Source: a phage. From it: DNA of 64,000 bases. The notes under the pieces are model-generated. The model had not been told where the DNA came from. It was given only the letters and a program-made list of their open reading frames with translations, and did no database searches. Position 1 is the first letter of the stretch, and every line of letters starts with the position of its first letter. The DNA is taken from sequence record PZ347775.1, one strand, 5' to 3'. The translations under genes were made by a program, and so were the position numbers. Below are positions 46,314 through 55,966 of this stretch, in pieces.

Positions 46314-47316
46314 AACTTACCAATTCAATCCAAGCCGGACGAAGCACATCTTGTACCATTTTAACTAATTCCTTTTTAATCAAAGAAGGATTATCTGCTT
46401 GAGTTAGAGTAATACCTTCACGAGAAGTTTCTTCCAAAATATCTTGAACAGTTAGCCCCATCACCTTTCCAAAATCTTTTGGACCAATTTCGCCAATTTT
46501 AGAAATAACGTTATTTACTCGGTTCAGTGTAACATAGCAAGCTAAAATTCCCAGCAATTTATTATCAGCTTCTGACAACTCAACTTTAGCTTTAATAGGC
46601 TTATCAGACTTTTTCTTTTCGCTAAATTTAGAGTTCTTGCATTTAATCGCTACACGATTGCCATTAGGCATCCAAGAAGGATAACAAGGTTTCAATACAT
46701 ATCCTTCAGCAGTAAATACTTCGCCTTTTGCTTCGGCATTCCAAACGCATTTATTTGCATCAACTAATCCAGCATGGTCTACCGTAAAATTATAATCTTG
46801 GACAACAGAATCTAAATCGTTTGGCAATTTAATAAGCTCTTCAAATTTACCACGACCCAAAAGTGGAGCCATTTTAAATTTGAATGTATTACAGAATGAT
46901 TCCATCATATAATCATCGACATAAGTCACATCACCACTTTCTGTAGTAACAATAATGTCAAATACATAAAAATCTTTATCACCATAATCAACATTCTTCT
47001 GAATGCCAGGTCCAGCGAATTCGCCGAAGACTTGATAAGATACAACTGCCGAAGTTTCCATAATATCTTGTACAGCTTTAATGGAATCAGCGTAATTCTT
47101 TAGAATAATTTCATACCCAAAGAAATCTTCAGCAGGAAGAATAGGACCAGTACGTTTAGCACAAGTTACTTTATCACGCTCAATAATCAATGAAAAGTTT
47201 GTACCATGAATCTTTTCACGAGCTACCCATTCGCCGCCAGTCAATCCTAAACTGTAGAGTTTTTCAATGAATTTAGAATTGTAATGATTTTCAAGACTGC
47301 TATACTTTTTAAACAT
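46312..47316 (-). CDS. rnlB: RNA ligase 2 (RnlB)
   Basis: 334 aa; ligase motif I K-x-H-G (KIHGTN) near N-terminus; position after gene 24. Confidence 0.9.
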   Translation of the reverse strand: MFKKYSSLENHYNSKFIEKLYSLGLTGGEWVAREKIHGTNFSLIIERDKVTCAKRTGPILPAEDFFGYEIILKNYADSIKAVQDIMETSAVVSYQVFGEFAGPGIQKNVDYGDKDFYVFDIIVTTESGDVTYVDDYMMESFCNTFKFKMAPLLGRGKFEELIKLPNDLDSVVQDYNFTVDHAGLVDANKCVWNAEAKGEVFTAEGYVLKPCYPSWMPNGNRVAIKCKNSKFSEKKKSDKPIKAKVELSEADNKLLGILACYVTLNRVNNVISKIGEIGPKDFGKVMGLTVQDILEETSREGITLTQADNPSLIKKELVKMVQDVLRPAWIELVS

Positions 47317-47325
47317 AATTAATCC

Positions 47326-47604
47326 TCAAAATGTAATTTCTAACCAATCACCATCACGCTGATCACTATTGACTTTAAAGCTAAATCCTTCTTTTCTCAG
47401 CCAATCACCAATTTCTTCAGTAATCAATTTATCGCGAGCAGTACAATAATAACTAAAATATGTTTTACCTTGTTCAGCTGCTTTATTAGCAAGTTCCGAA
47501 AAATCTTTAATAAAACATTCTAGTTTAAACTGTTTACTTTTAAGTGCTTTTTCGCGTAATTGATTAGCAAAAGATTCATTTTCATAAAGATCATACTGTT
47601 CCAT
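47326..47604 (-). CDS. hypothetical protein (24.2 position)
   Basis: 92 aa ORF between hoc and rnlB. Confidence 0.6.
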   Translation of the reverse strand: MEQYDLYENESFANQLREKALKSKQFKLECFIKDFSELANKAAEQGKTYFSYYCTARDKLITEEIGDWLRKEGFSFKVNSDQRDGDWLEITF

Positions 47605-47806
47605 TTTTCACCTTTTTATTAATATGTCTTTTTCTATAGACAACTTTTTCTCGAGTCTCAAATTTATTCTTAGCAGTCATAGCTCGAGCCCAAAATACAG
47701 CCACTTCTTTCGCCTGCAAGTTCAATTCACGAGCAATTTCAATGAATGACTTTCCAGACTCATGAAGAGTAAACACCACAACCTCAGTTCTCATAATCAA
47801 TCTCAT
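47591..47806 (-). CDS. small helix-turn-helix protein (24.3 position)
   Basis: 71 aa; HTH-like SGKSFIEIARELNLQAKEVAVFW. Confidence 0.55.
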   Translation of the reverse strand: MRLIMRTEVVVFTLHESGKSFIEIARELNLQAKEVAVFWARAMTAKNKFETREKVVYRKRHINKKVKNGTV

Positions 47807-47874
47807 GTTATCGAGTTGATGCCATTATATACAACGTTTTCTGATTGTGTCTTGCGTGCTTTCAAAATGAAGAA

Positions 47875-47890
47875 AGGGGCCGAAGCCCCT
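47875..47890 (-). other. intercistronic CUUCGG tetraloop hairpin downstream of hoc
   Basis: same 16-mer as 7131-7146; minus strand GGGGC-UUCG-GCCCC. Confidence 0.5.
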
Positions 47891-47894
47891 GAGA

Positions 47895-49025
47895 TTATGG
47901 ATAGGTATAGATGATACCAGTTTCTAAAGCAGTTTTATGAATGATGTATCCATTGCGCGATTCTTGAACATCAACTTCTGGATAGTCTTTCATCATCTTC
48001 TGAAGAGTGTAACGATGCAAGTAGTACTTACTATCTGGGTCGTCAGTTTTCCAATCTTTACCTTCTTCAGTCATTTTTTGGATTTCATCCATAACCCACC
48101 AACCGCACCAGATGTAAGCTGAAGTGCGATGTGGAAGAGGATGAACATAAGGTAATTCACCTTCTGGTTCCGGAGCAACTTTATCAGTTACCTGAACTTG
48201 ACCTTCTGCTGTGATAGTTTTGCTATCATAGTCAGTTGCTGTAACGACAGCAGTAACTTCAATAGTTTGACTTCCAATAGATGATGTATCAACGGTGTAT
48301 ACATTAGTTGACCCTTCTACTGGAGAAGAATCTTTCTTCCATGAATACTCAATTTGCGCTTCTTCTGGAGCATCAGTGACATTAGCAGTAAATGTAGCTG
48401 AAGCATCTTGCTGAACATTAATAGAAGGAGGAGTCAATGTAACCTGTGGATTCATTGTCTTCTTATTAACAGTCAGTGATACTTCATTAGAAGTAACTTC
48501 CTTTGCATCATAATCTGTTGCGGTTACTTGAGCCACACACTTAATTCTTTTTACCCCGCTTTCGGCAGGAGTGTAATTGAACGTAGCGTTAGTTGCTTCG
48601 CCCACAGGAGAATCATCTACATACCATTGATAAGTAGCAGACGCTCCAACCGGTTGAGAAGCTAAGGCAGCAGTAAATTGAACTGGGGTTCCAATTACTC
48701 CAGCTGAAGGACTATCTGGAGTTACTGCCAAAGTAGTTGTCTGTGTCTTATTTTGAACTGTGATAGTTGTAGTAGCTTCTGCTGTTTCAGCTTCAGCTTC
48801 TGGAACTGTATTTGTTGCAACTACTTTAATAGTCTTTTGACCGGCAGGTCCTTTTAGTACATAACTAAAAGTTGCTTCAGCTCCATCTTGTGGAACATCA
48901 TCTACAGTCCAAGCATAGGTAATAGTTCCGCCTCCAGTTTCACCACTGGGTGTAGCAGTAAACTGCTGAGTCTGATCTATAACTCCAGTAGGTGTTTTAG
49001 GAGTTATATCAACTGTAAAAGCCAT
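47895..49025 (-). CDS. hoc: highly immunogenic outer capsid protein Hoc
   Basis: 376 aa; repeated Ig-like segments rich in T/V/A with recurring YxW/Y motifs. Confidence 0.9.
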   Translation of the reverse strand: MAFTVDITPKTPTGVIDQTQQFTATPSGETGGGTITYAWTVDDVPQDGAEATFSYVLKGPAGQKTIKVVATNTVPEAEAETAEATTTITVQNKTQTTTLAVTPDSPSAGVIGTPVQFTAALASQPVGASATYQWYVDDSPVGEATNATFNYTPAESGVKRIKCVAQVTATDYDAKEVTSNEVSLTVNKKTMNPQVTLTPPSINVQQDASATFTANVTDAPEEAQIEYSWKKDSSPVEGSTNVYTVDTSSIGSQTIEVTAVVTATDYDSKTITAEGQVQVTDKVAPEPEGELPYVHPLPHRTSAYIWCGWWVMDEIQKMTEEGKDWKTDDPDSKYYLHRYTLQKMMKDYPEVDVQESRNGYIIHKTALETGIIYTYP

Positions 49026-49034
49026 AAGTTATCC

Positions 49035-49715
49035 TTATTTTAATGTTACGAAAGAAGAGTTGCGTGTTTCACGAATTAAAACTGATCCGTCGCGGTTAAT
49101 GTAATAAATTAAGCTAAATAAAGTTTGGTGTGCTGACGCGTGTTCAAAACTAGTTGGGTGAGATTTCCAATCCGGAGTTTCAGCAATCCACTGGTAAATC
49201 CACCAAGGAACAGTACAGAATCCTGGATTTTTTCCAATCAGCTGAAGATTCGGACTAAAGTTTTCCGGAAGAGTAAATACAGACGGCTTTTCAGATTCAA
49301 TAATCTCAGCTACGGCCTGCTCGAATTTTTCTTCAACAAAAGGAGTATCTTCAATCAAAACATCGGTATTTTCAGGAATTTTATCCTTTTCTACTACTTC
49401 AATTTTAATGTCAGATTTAACCGGAGAATCAATCAGAAGTGCTGCTTCTGGATTGACTTCTTCATCGTCATATTTTAATCCTTCTGCAGCATCAGCAGCA
49501 TTAATTAAGTCTTTAATAGATAACCCATCAGTCTCTGGCATAGGTTCACTAGCGAGCTTCTGGAGGGCTTCTTCAATATCAGCAACGATATTATCAAAAG
49601 ATTTATTCTTTTTGACCTTTATACCAAACTGTTCAGCATATTCAGCTAATTTAGCTTTAGCTTCTTTATTATCATCAAGAGCCTTCAGCTCTGCAATATA
49701 ATCTTTATCTATCAT
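49035..49715 (-). CDS. inh: inhibitor of prohead protease Inh
   Basis: 226 aa, position between hoc and uvsW as in T4. Confidence 0.85.
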   Translation of the reverse strand: MIDKDYIAELKALDDNKEAKAKLAEYAEQFGIKVKKNKSFDNIVADIEEALQKLASEPMPETDGLSIKDLINAADAAEGLKYDDEEVNPEAALLIDSPVKSDIKIEVVEKDKIPENTDVLIEDTPFVEEKFEQAVAEIIESEKPSVFTLPENFSPNLQLIGKNPGFCTVPWWIYQWIAETPDWKSHPTSFEHASAHQTLFSLIYYINRDGSVLIRETRNSSFVTLK

Positions 49716-49728
49716 AATATTTCCTCAG

Positions 49729-49736
49729 TATAAATA
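49729..49736 (+). promoter_or_regulatory. late promoter (TATAAATA) for uvsW
   Basis: exact TATAAATA 30 nt upstream of uvsW ATG. Confidence 0.55.
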
Positions 49737-49765
49737 TAGATATATTTATTACATGGTATTTAGAC

Positions 49766-51277
49766 ATGACTGACATTAAAGTACATTTTTATGATTTTAG
49801 TCACGTGAGAATTGATTGTGAAGAAAGTACATTTCATGAACTCCGTGATTTCTTTAGCTTTGAAGCTGATGGGTATCGTTTTAATCCGAAGTACAAATAT
49901 GGCCACTGGGATGGACGAATCCGTCTTTTAGATTATAATCGCCTTCTTCCATTTGGTTTAGTCGGGCAAATTAAAAAGTTCTGTGATAACTTTGGCTATA
50001 AAGCCTGGATTGACCCACAGATTAACGAAAAAGAAGAATTATCAAGAAAAGATTTTGATGAATGGCTTTCTAAGTTAGAAATCTATTCAGGAAATAAAAG
50101 AATTGAACCGCACTGGTATCAAAAAGATGCAGTGTTCGAAGGATTAGTTAATCGTCGTAGAATTCTTAATCTTCCAACATCCGCAGGTAAATCATTAATT
50201 CAAGCTTTGCTTGCACGTTATTATTTGGAAAATTATGAAGGTAAAATTCTTATCATTGTTCCAACAACTGCTCTGACAACTCAGATGGCTGATGACTTTG
50301 TTGACTATCGTTTATTCAGTCATGCAATGATAAAGAAAATCGGTGGTGGAGCATCAAAAGATGATAAATATAAAAATGATGCACCGGTCGTTGTTGGTAC
50401 ATGGCAAACTGTAGTAAAACAACCGAAAGAATGGTTCTCACAGTTTGGAATGATGATGAATGATGAATGCCATCTTGCTACAGGAAAAAGTATTTCATCT
50501 ATCATATCAGGTTTAAATAACTGCATGTTCAAATTTGGTCTATCAGGTTCATTACGTGATGGCAAAGCTAATATCATGCAGTATGTTGGAATGTTTGGTG
50601 AAATATTTAAGCCAGTAACGACTTCTAAATTAATGGAAGATGGACAAGTAACTGAGTTAAAAATTAATAGTATTTTTCTTCGCTATCCTGATGAGTTCAC
50701 TACTAAATTAAAGGGAAAAACTTACCAAGAAGAAATAAAAATTATTACTGGGCTCAGTAAAAGAAATAAATGGATCGCTAAATTAGCTATTAAACTTGCA
50801 CAAAAAGATGAAAACGCTTTTGTCATGTTTAAACACGTATCGCACGGTAAAGCTATTTTCGATTTAATTAAAAATGAATACGATAAAGTTTATTACGTAT
50901 CAGGGGAAGTTGATACCGAAACACGCAACGTAATGAAAACCCTAGCTGAAAACGGTAAAGGAATAATTATAGTAGCTAGTTATGGTGTATTTTCTACTGG
51001 TATTTCAGTTAAAAATCTGCATCACGTTGTTTTAGCGCACGGTGTTAAATCTAAAATTATTGTATTGCAAACAATAGGTCGCGTATTACGTAAGCATGGT
51101 TCTAAAACAATCGCAACAGTCTGGGACCTCATAGATGATTGCGGTGTTAAGCCAAAATCTGCTAATACGAAAAAGAAATACGTTCATTTGAACTATCTTT
51201 TAAAACATGGCATTGATCGTATTCAGCGCTACGCAGATGAAAAATTTAATTACGTAATGAAAACAGTTAATTTATAA
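49766..51277 (+). CDS. uvsW: UvsW helicase
   Basis: 503 aa; SF2 helicase Walker A/B-type motifs (PTSAGKS, DECH). Confidence 0.92.
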   Translation: MTDIKVHFYDFSHVRIDCEESTFHELRDFFSFEADGYRFNPKYKYGHWDGRIRLLDYNRLLPFGLVGQIKKFCDNFGYKAWIDPQINEKEELSRKDFDEWLSKLEIYSGNKRIEPHWYQKDAVFEGLVNRRRILNLPTSAGKSLIQALLARYYLENYEGKILIIVPTTALTTQMADDFVDYRLFSHAMIKKIGGGASKDDKYKNDAPVVVGTWQTVVKQPKEWFSQFGMMMNDECHLATGKSISSIISGLNNCMFKFGLSGSLRDGKANIMQYVGMFGEIFKPVTTSKLMEDGQVTELKINSIFLRYPDEFTTKLKGKTYQEEIKIITGLSKRNKWIAKLAIKLAQKDENAFVMFKHVSHGKAIFDLIKNEYDKVYYVSGEVDTETRNVMKTLAENGKGIIIVASYGVFSTGISVKNLHHVVLAHGVKSKIIVLQTIGRVLRKHGSKTIATVWDLIDDCGVKPKSANTKKKYVHLNYLLKHGIDRIQRYADEKFNYVMKTVNL

Positions 51278-51278
51278 G

Positions 51279-51300
51279 GGCTTCGGCCCTTTGGAGAAAA
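51279..51300 (+). terminator. hairpin / weak terminator between uvsW and uvsW.1
   Basis: GGGC-UUCG-GCCC hairpin followed by TTTGGAG. Confidence 0.4.
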
Positions 51301-51533
51301 AGATGTTACTAGAATTTAAACAATTTCTTTATGAAGCTTCTATTGATGAATTTATGGGTAAAATTGCCTCTTGCCAAACATTAGAAGGTCTAGAAGAACT
51401 TGAAGCTTATTATAAGAAAAGAGTTAAAGAAACTGAATTAAAAGATACTGATGACATCTCCGTGAGAGATGCTTTGGCAGGAAAAAGAGCTGAATTAGAA
51501 GATTCAGACGATGAAGTAGAAGAAAGCTTTTAA
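51291..51533 (+). CDS. uvsW.1: UvsW.1 small acidic protein
   Basis: 80 aa separate ORF immediately after uvsW. Confidence 0.8.
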   Translation: MEKKMLLEFKQFLYEASIDEFMGKIASCQTLEGLEELEAYYKKRVKETELKDTDDISVRDALAGKRAELEDSDDEVEESF

Positions 51534-51591
51534 ATTAAAAAAGGCCCAACCAAAAAGGAAGGGCCAAAACTATAGACTAAAGGTCACACTA

Positions 51592-51756
51592 TAGCAAAAG
51601 TTGTGTTTCATTTAATTGTTCTTCCGAACTTTCTGAAACTGGTAGTTCTTTAATGTAATTATAGCAAGGCCCAGGATGTACAGGACCTTTGTCTGTTTCA
51701 ACAACCAATGCAGAATCGATTGGAGTTTTACAGACAACACAAATCTTATCTGACAT
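51592..51756 (-). CDS. small Cys-containing protein (uvsY.-1 position)
   Basis: 54 aa ORF below ORF-track cutoff; ATG 51756-51754 preceded by GAGGAG; MSDKICVVCKTPIDS... Confidence 0.4.
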
Positions 51757-51784
51757 GATTGTCTCCTCTAAATTATATATCTAT

Positions 51785-52009
51785 TTATATAACTCTCATA
51801 TGCATATCAATGCCCATATCTTTAGAATAAAAATATTCATCAAGATATCCGGCAAATTTTCCTTTAATATAAAGGACATCTTCACCGCATGGGTGGTCGG
51901 CCAGGATACGAATATCCTGACGCTTGAGATTATACTTTTTCATTAAGAATTGAATTTCCGTTTCGAATTCTTCTTCATAATTAAAAGCATCATCAATGCT
52001 ATATTTCAT
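51785..52009 (-). CDS. hypothetical protein (uvsY.-2 position)
   Basis: 74 aa ORF directly downstream of uvsY. Confidence 0.65.
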   Translation of the reverse strand: MKYSIDDAFNYEEEFETEIQFLMKKYNLKRQDIRILADHPCGEDVLYIKGKFAGYLDEYFYSKDMGIDMHMRVI

Positions 52010-52422
52010 TATTTTCCAGCCTCAAATGCTCGCATGTCTTGAATATGCTTAATAGCAAATCCGCGTGATTTAATAGCATCAAGAGCTCCGCTACAGAAAT
52101 CCAATAAAATTCCCCAATATTGTAATGAAGTATCAACTTTTAAAACATCCTTATCAGCTGATAGAACTGTCTTCATTTCTGATTTCTCATAACGATCCAT
52201 ACTAAATTCATCACCATCTCCTCGTCCCGAGTAGTAGTCTAATTTAGCTTTAAGAGCAACTTTTTTCTGTGCGTCAATTCTAAGCATTTCCTTTTTAATA
52301 CTTGAATGCTTATTGAGCCATTTACTATATAACATCACATTATTAGCTGCTTCATACTGTAATTTAGTCGAATCTATAAACACATCTTTCTTCAATTCTT
52401 CTTGAAGATCTTCTAATCTCAT
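52009..52422 (-). CDS. uvsY: recombination mediator UvsY
   Basis: 137 aa, same length and position as T4 UvsY. Confidence 0.93.
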   Translation of the reverse strand: MRLEDLQEELKKDVFIDSTKLQYEAANNVMLYSKWLNKHSSIKKEMLRIDAQKKVALKAKLDYYSGRGDGDEFSMDRYEKSEMKTVLSADKDVLKVDTSLQYWGILLDFCSGALDAIKSRGFAIKHIQDMRAFEAGK

Positions 52423-52488
52423 ATTGTTCTCTATTCAATTGTTATTGGATGGACTTAGATTCATTATACCACGTTTACGCGTGAAGCA

Positions 52489-52887
52489 TTATACTCTATT
52501 ACTGGAAGCCAATTGCAGTTTTATCTGCTCAATATCATCAGGGTTATCGATGACCGAAAAGCGTATTTCTACTATCAGAGTATAATCATCATAAACCGGT
52601 ATTACATTAACTGCTAATTTATCAATACGTGGCTCGTAGTTTCTTACTGCGCTTTCGATGTTACGCTCAACTGTATCAGCAGTAAGAGGAGTCATATTCT
52701 CAAAAAGCTGATCAGATAAATCGCATCCAAATTCTGGGTCAAAAGGTCTCGACCCTTTTCTGGTTGTAATAATTCCTAAAAGGCTATTTTTAATTGACCT
52801 TAATCCAAGAGATCTAGAAACATCTTTGTCCCAATCCATTTTCATTTCTGGGTCAATGTCAGAATAAAGCTTATTAATATTTGCCAT
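52489..52887 (-). CDS. 25: baseplate wedge protein gp25
   Basis: 132 aa as in T4. Confidence 0.93.
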   Translation of the reverse strand: MANINKLYSDIDPEMKMDWDKDVSRSLGLRSIKNSLLGIITTRKGSRPFDPEFGCDLSDQLFENMTPLTADTVERNIESAVRNYEPRIDKLAVNVIPVYDDYTLIVEIRFSVIDNPDDIEQIKLQLASSNRV

Positions 52888-53513
52888 TACAATAGCTCAA
52901 AGAATTCTTTGAGTCCTCTTATTACATGAGCGTGAGTTTTTCCACACTCTGGACACTTAATTGGAACAGCCAAATAAACAGTAGGCTTTAAAAGCATATC
53001 TTTTATAGCTACAATATCTGACTCTGTGATGATAGAATATAAATCTTCCAGTTCCTTTTCATTTAAGTCTTCAACTGGAATGCTTTCCCCGTTAGCATGA
53101 ATCGTTTCTATGCATGATACTATCATGTGGGCTATATTTTTATCATCAAAAATTTTAGGGTAATGGAACTTAATTTTAATGTCACCCAGTGTATACCAGA
53201 GGTCTTCTGGTGCATCTATCTGTGTATGTAATAGATTTATATGGGTTGGTATTTCAGTTCCACAGGTGCACTTCCAGGAGTTTTCATGATTAACTTCTCC
53301 AAGAGAATGTGCCCATAAATGAATCAGCAGTAGTTCTGATTCTTGGCGGTTTAAATCTTTTGCATTTGTGCAGTCTTTGATTAGCTTTTTAACGATCTCT
53401 TCGACTGAACCGTTCTTTTTAGCAGTAATAAGTTCTAGATATTCTTTAAGAGTAAATGCGCGACAGTTGATTATTTTAGAACCAACTCTCACGTCAAATT
53501 TGTATTCATACAT
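52887..53513 (-). CDS. 26: baseplate hub protein gp26
   Basis: 208 aa as in T4. Confidence 0.9.
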   Translation of the reverse strand: MYEYKFDVRVGSKIINCRAFTLKEYLELITAKKNGSVEEIVKKLIKDCTNAKDLNRQESELLLIHLWAHSLGEVNHENSWKCTCGTEIPTHINLLHTQIDAPEDLWYTLGDIKIKFHYPKIFDDKNIAHMIVSCIETIHANGESIPVEDLNEKELEDLYSIITESDIVAIKDMLLKPTVYLAVPIKCPECGKTHAHVIRGLKEFFELL

Positions 53514-53534
53514 ATTTAGCTCCTTTATTTATCA

Positions 53535-53546
53535 TATTTATAAATA
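53535..53546. promoter_or_regulatory. divergent late promoters between genes 26 and 51
   Basis: palindromic TATTTATAAATA gives TATAAATA on both strands. Confidence 0.55.
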
Positions 53547-53563
53547 GAATAAAAGGAGCATCT

Positions 53564-54313
53564 ATGGCAAACATTATTCGTTGTAAATTACCAGATGGTG
53601 TTCATCGTTTTAAACCATTTACGGTAGAAGATTATCGAGATTTTTTGTTAGTTCGAAACGATATAGAACATCGGTCACCACAAGAACAAAAAGAAATAAT
53701 TGCTGATTTAATTGCTGATTATTTTGGAGACTATCCGAAGACTTGGCAACCATTTATATTTTTGCAGGTATTTGTAGGGTCAATAGGTAAAACTAAAGTA
53801 CCGGTCACATTTGTATGTCCAAAATGTAAAAAAGAAAAGACAGTTCCATTTGAAATATATCAAAAAGAATTAAAGGAACCTGTTTTTGATGTAGCTAATG
53901 TTAAAATTAAATTAAAGTTTCCTTCTGAGTTTTATGAAAATAAAGCAAAGATGATTACTGAAAATATTCATTCTGTTCAAGTAGATGAAACATGGTATGA
54001 TTGGAAGGAAATTAGCGAATCAAGTCAAATAGAACTTGTTGATGCAATCGAGATAGAAACATTAGAAAAAATTCTCGATGCAATGAATCCTATTAATTTA
54101 ACATTGCATATGTCGTGTTGTAATAAGTATGTAAAAAAATACACTGATATAGTAGATGTATTTAAGCTATTAGTTAACCCAGATGAAATATTTACTTTTT
54201 ATCAAATTAATCACACACTCGTAAAAAGTAATTATAGCTTAAATTCAATAATGAAAATGATTCCTGCCGAGCGCGGATTCGTATTAAAACTGATTGAGAA
54301 GGATAAACAATAA
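53564..54313 (+). CDS. 51: baseplate hub assembly catalyst gp51
   Basis: 249 aa as in T4. Confidence 0.9.
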   Translation: MANIIRCKLPDGVHRFKPFTVEDYRDFLLVRNDIEHRSPQEQKEIIADLIADYFGDYPKTWQPFIFLQVFVGSIGKTKVPVTFVCPKCKKEKTVPFEIYQKELKEPVFDVANVKIKLKFPSEFYENKAKMITENIHSVQVDETWYDWKEISESSQIELVDAIEIETLEKILDAMNPINLTLHMSCCNKYVKKYTDIVDVFKLLVNPDEIFTFYQINHTLVKSNYSLNSIMKMIPAERGFVLKLIEKDKQ

Positions 54314-55488
54314 TGAGTATGTTGCAACGCCCAGGATATCCAAATCTCAGCGTTAAATTATTTGATAGCTACGACGCTTGGAGTAATAATAGATTTGTTG
54401 AATTAGCTGCTACTATTACCACATTAACTATGCGGGATTCTCTTTATGGCCGAAATGAAGGAATGCTGCAGTTTTATGATTCTAAAAATATCCATACAAA
54501 AATGGATGGAAATGAAATAATTCAGATTTCTGTAGCTAATGCAAACGATATTAATAATGTTAAAACACGAATTTATGGATGTAAGCATTTTTCCGTGTCA
54601 GTAGATTCAAAGGGTGATAACATCATTGCTATTGAATTGGGAACTATTCATTCTATAGAAAATCTTAAATTTGGCAGACCGTTTTTCCCTGATGCAGGTG
54701 AATCTATAAAGGAAATGCTTGGCGTCATTTATCAAGATCGCACGTTATTAACTCCAGCAATAAATGCTATAAATGCTTATGTTCCTGATATTCCATGGAC
54801 TAGCACATTTGAAAACTATTTGTCGTATGTTAGAGAAGTTGCTCTAGCTGTAGGAAGTGACAAATTTGTATTTGTGTGGCAAGACATCATGGGAGTTAAC
54901 ATGATGGACTATGATATGATGATAAATCAAGAACCGTATCCAATGATTGTCGGTGAGCCATCTTTAATAGGTCAATTCATCCAAGAATTAAAATATCCAT
55001 TAGCATATGATTTCGTTTGGTTGACTAAATCGAATCCTCACAAACGTGACCCAATGAAAAACGCTACTATCTATGCGCATTCATTTTTAGATTCTTCATT
55101 GCCAATGATTACTACAGGAAAGGGCGAAAACTCTATTGTAGTGTCAAGATCAGGTGCTTATTCTGAAATGACTTATAGGAACGGGTATGAAGAAGCTATT
55201 CGTCTTCAAACTATGGCACAATACGATGGTTATGCTAAATGTTCTACTGTCGGTAATTTTAACTTGACACCTGGCGTTAAAATTATTTTTAATGATAGTA
55301 AAAACCAATTTAAAACAGAATTTTACGTTGATGAAGTCATCCATGAATTATCCAATAATAATTCAGTAACTCATCTATATATGTTCACTAATGCAACGAA
55401 ACTGGAAACAATAGACCCAGTTAAGGTTAAAAATGAATTTAAATCTGATACTACCACTGAAGAAAGTAGTTCTTCCAATAAGCAATAA
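54313..55488 (+). CDS. 27: baseplate hub protein gp27
   Basis: 391 aa as in T4. Confidence 0.93.
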   Translation: MSMLQRPGYPNLSVKLFDSYDAWSNNRFVELAATITTLTMRDSLYGRNEGMLQFYDSKNIHTKMDGNEIIQISVANANDINNVKTRIYGCKHFSVSVDSKGDNIIAIELGTIHSIENLKFGRPFFPDAGESIKEMLGVIYQDRTLLTPAINAINAYVPDIPWTSTFENYLSYVREVALAVGSDKFVFVWQDIMGVNMMDYDMMINQEPYPMIVGEPSLIGQFIQELKYPLAYDFVWLTKSNPHKRDPMKNATIYAHSFLDSSLPMITTGKGENSIVVSRSGAYSEMTYRNGYEEAIRLQTMAQYDGYAKCSTVGNFNLTPGVKIIFNDSKNQFKTEFYVDEVIHELSNNNSVTHLYMFTNATKLETIDPVKVKNEFKSDTTTEESSSSNKQ

Positions 55489-55966
55489 AGAAGTTTCTAT
55501 TCCTAAAATGGGTCTTAAACACTATAACATTTTAAAAGATGTTAAAGGTCCTGATGAAAATTTAAAACTTTTGATCGATTCTATTTGTCCAAATTTATCA
55601 CCGGCAGAAGTTGATTTCGTTTCTATTCATTTATTGGAATTTAATGGAAAGATTAAATCTCGTAAAGAAATAGATGGTTATACTTATGACATTAATGATG
55701 TTTATGTATGCCAAAGATTGGAATTTCAATACCAAGGAAATACATTTTATTTTAGACCGCCTGGAAAATTTGAACAATTTTTAACTGTGAGCGATATGTT
55801 ATCCAAATGCTTGCTTAAGGTCAATGATGAAGTTAAAGAAATTAATTTTCTTGAGATGCCAGCATTCGTTTTAAAATGGGCAAATGATATTTTTACAACT
55901 TTAGCAATTCCTGGCCCTAATGGTCCAATAACCGGAATTGGCAATATTATTGGATTATTTGAATGA
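55433..55966 (+). CDS. 28: baseplate hub distal protein gp28
   Basis: 177 aa; start overlaps gene 27 by 56 nt. Confidence 0.85.
   Translation: MNLNLILPLKKVVLPISNKEVSIPKMGLKHYNILKDVKGPDENLKLLIDSICPNLSPAEVDFVSIHLLEFNGKIKSRKEIDGYTYDINDVYVCQRLEFQYQGNTFYFRPPGKFEQFLTVSDMLSKCLLKVNDEVKEINFLEMPAFVLKWANDIFTTLAIPGPNGPITGIGNIIGLFE

Noticed and set aside
51689-51946. Plus-strand 85-aa ORF
   Set aside because: Antisense to the uvsY.-2-position gene and the small upstream minus-strand ORF, which have ribosome-binding sites and fit the gene order.
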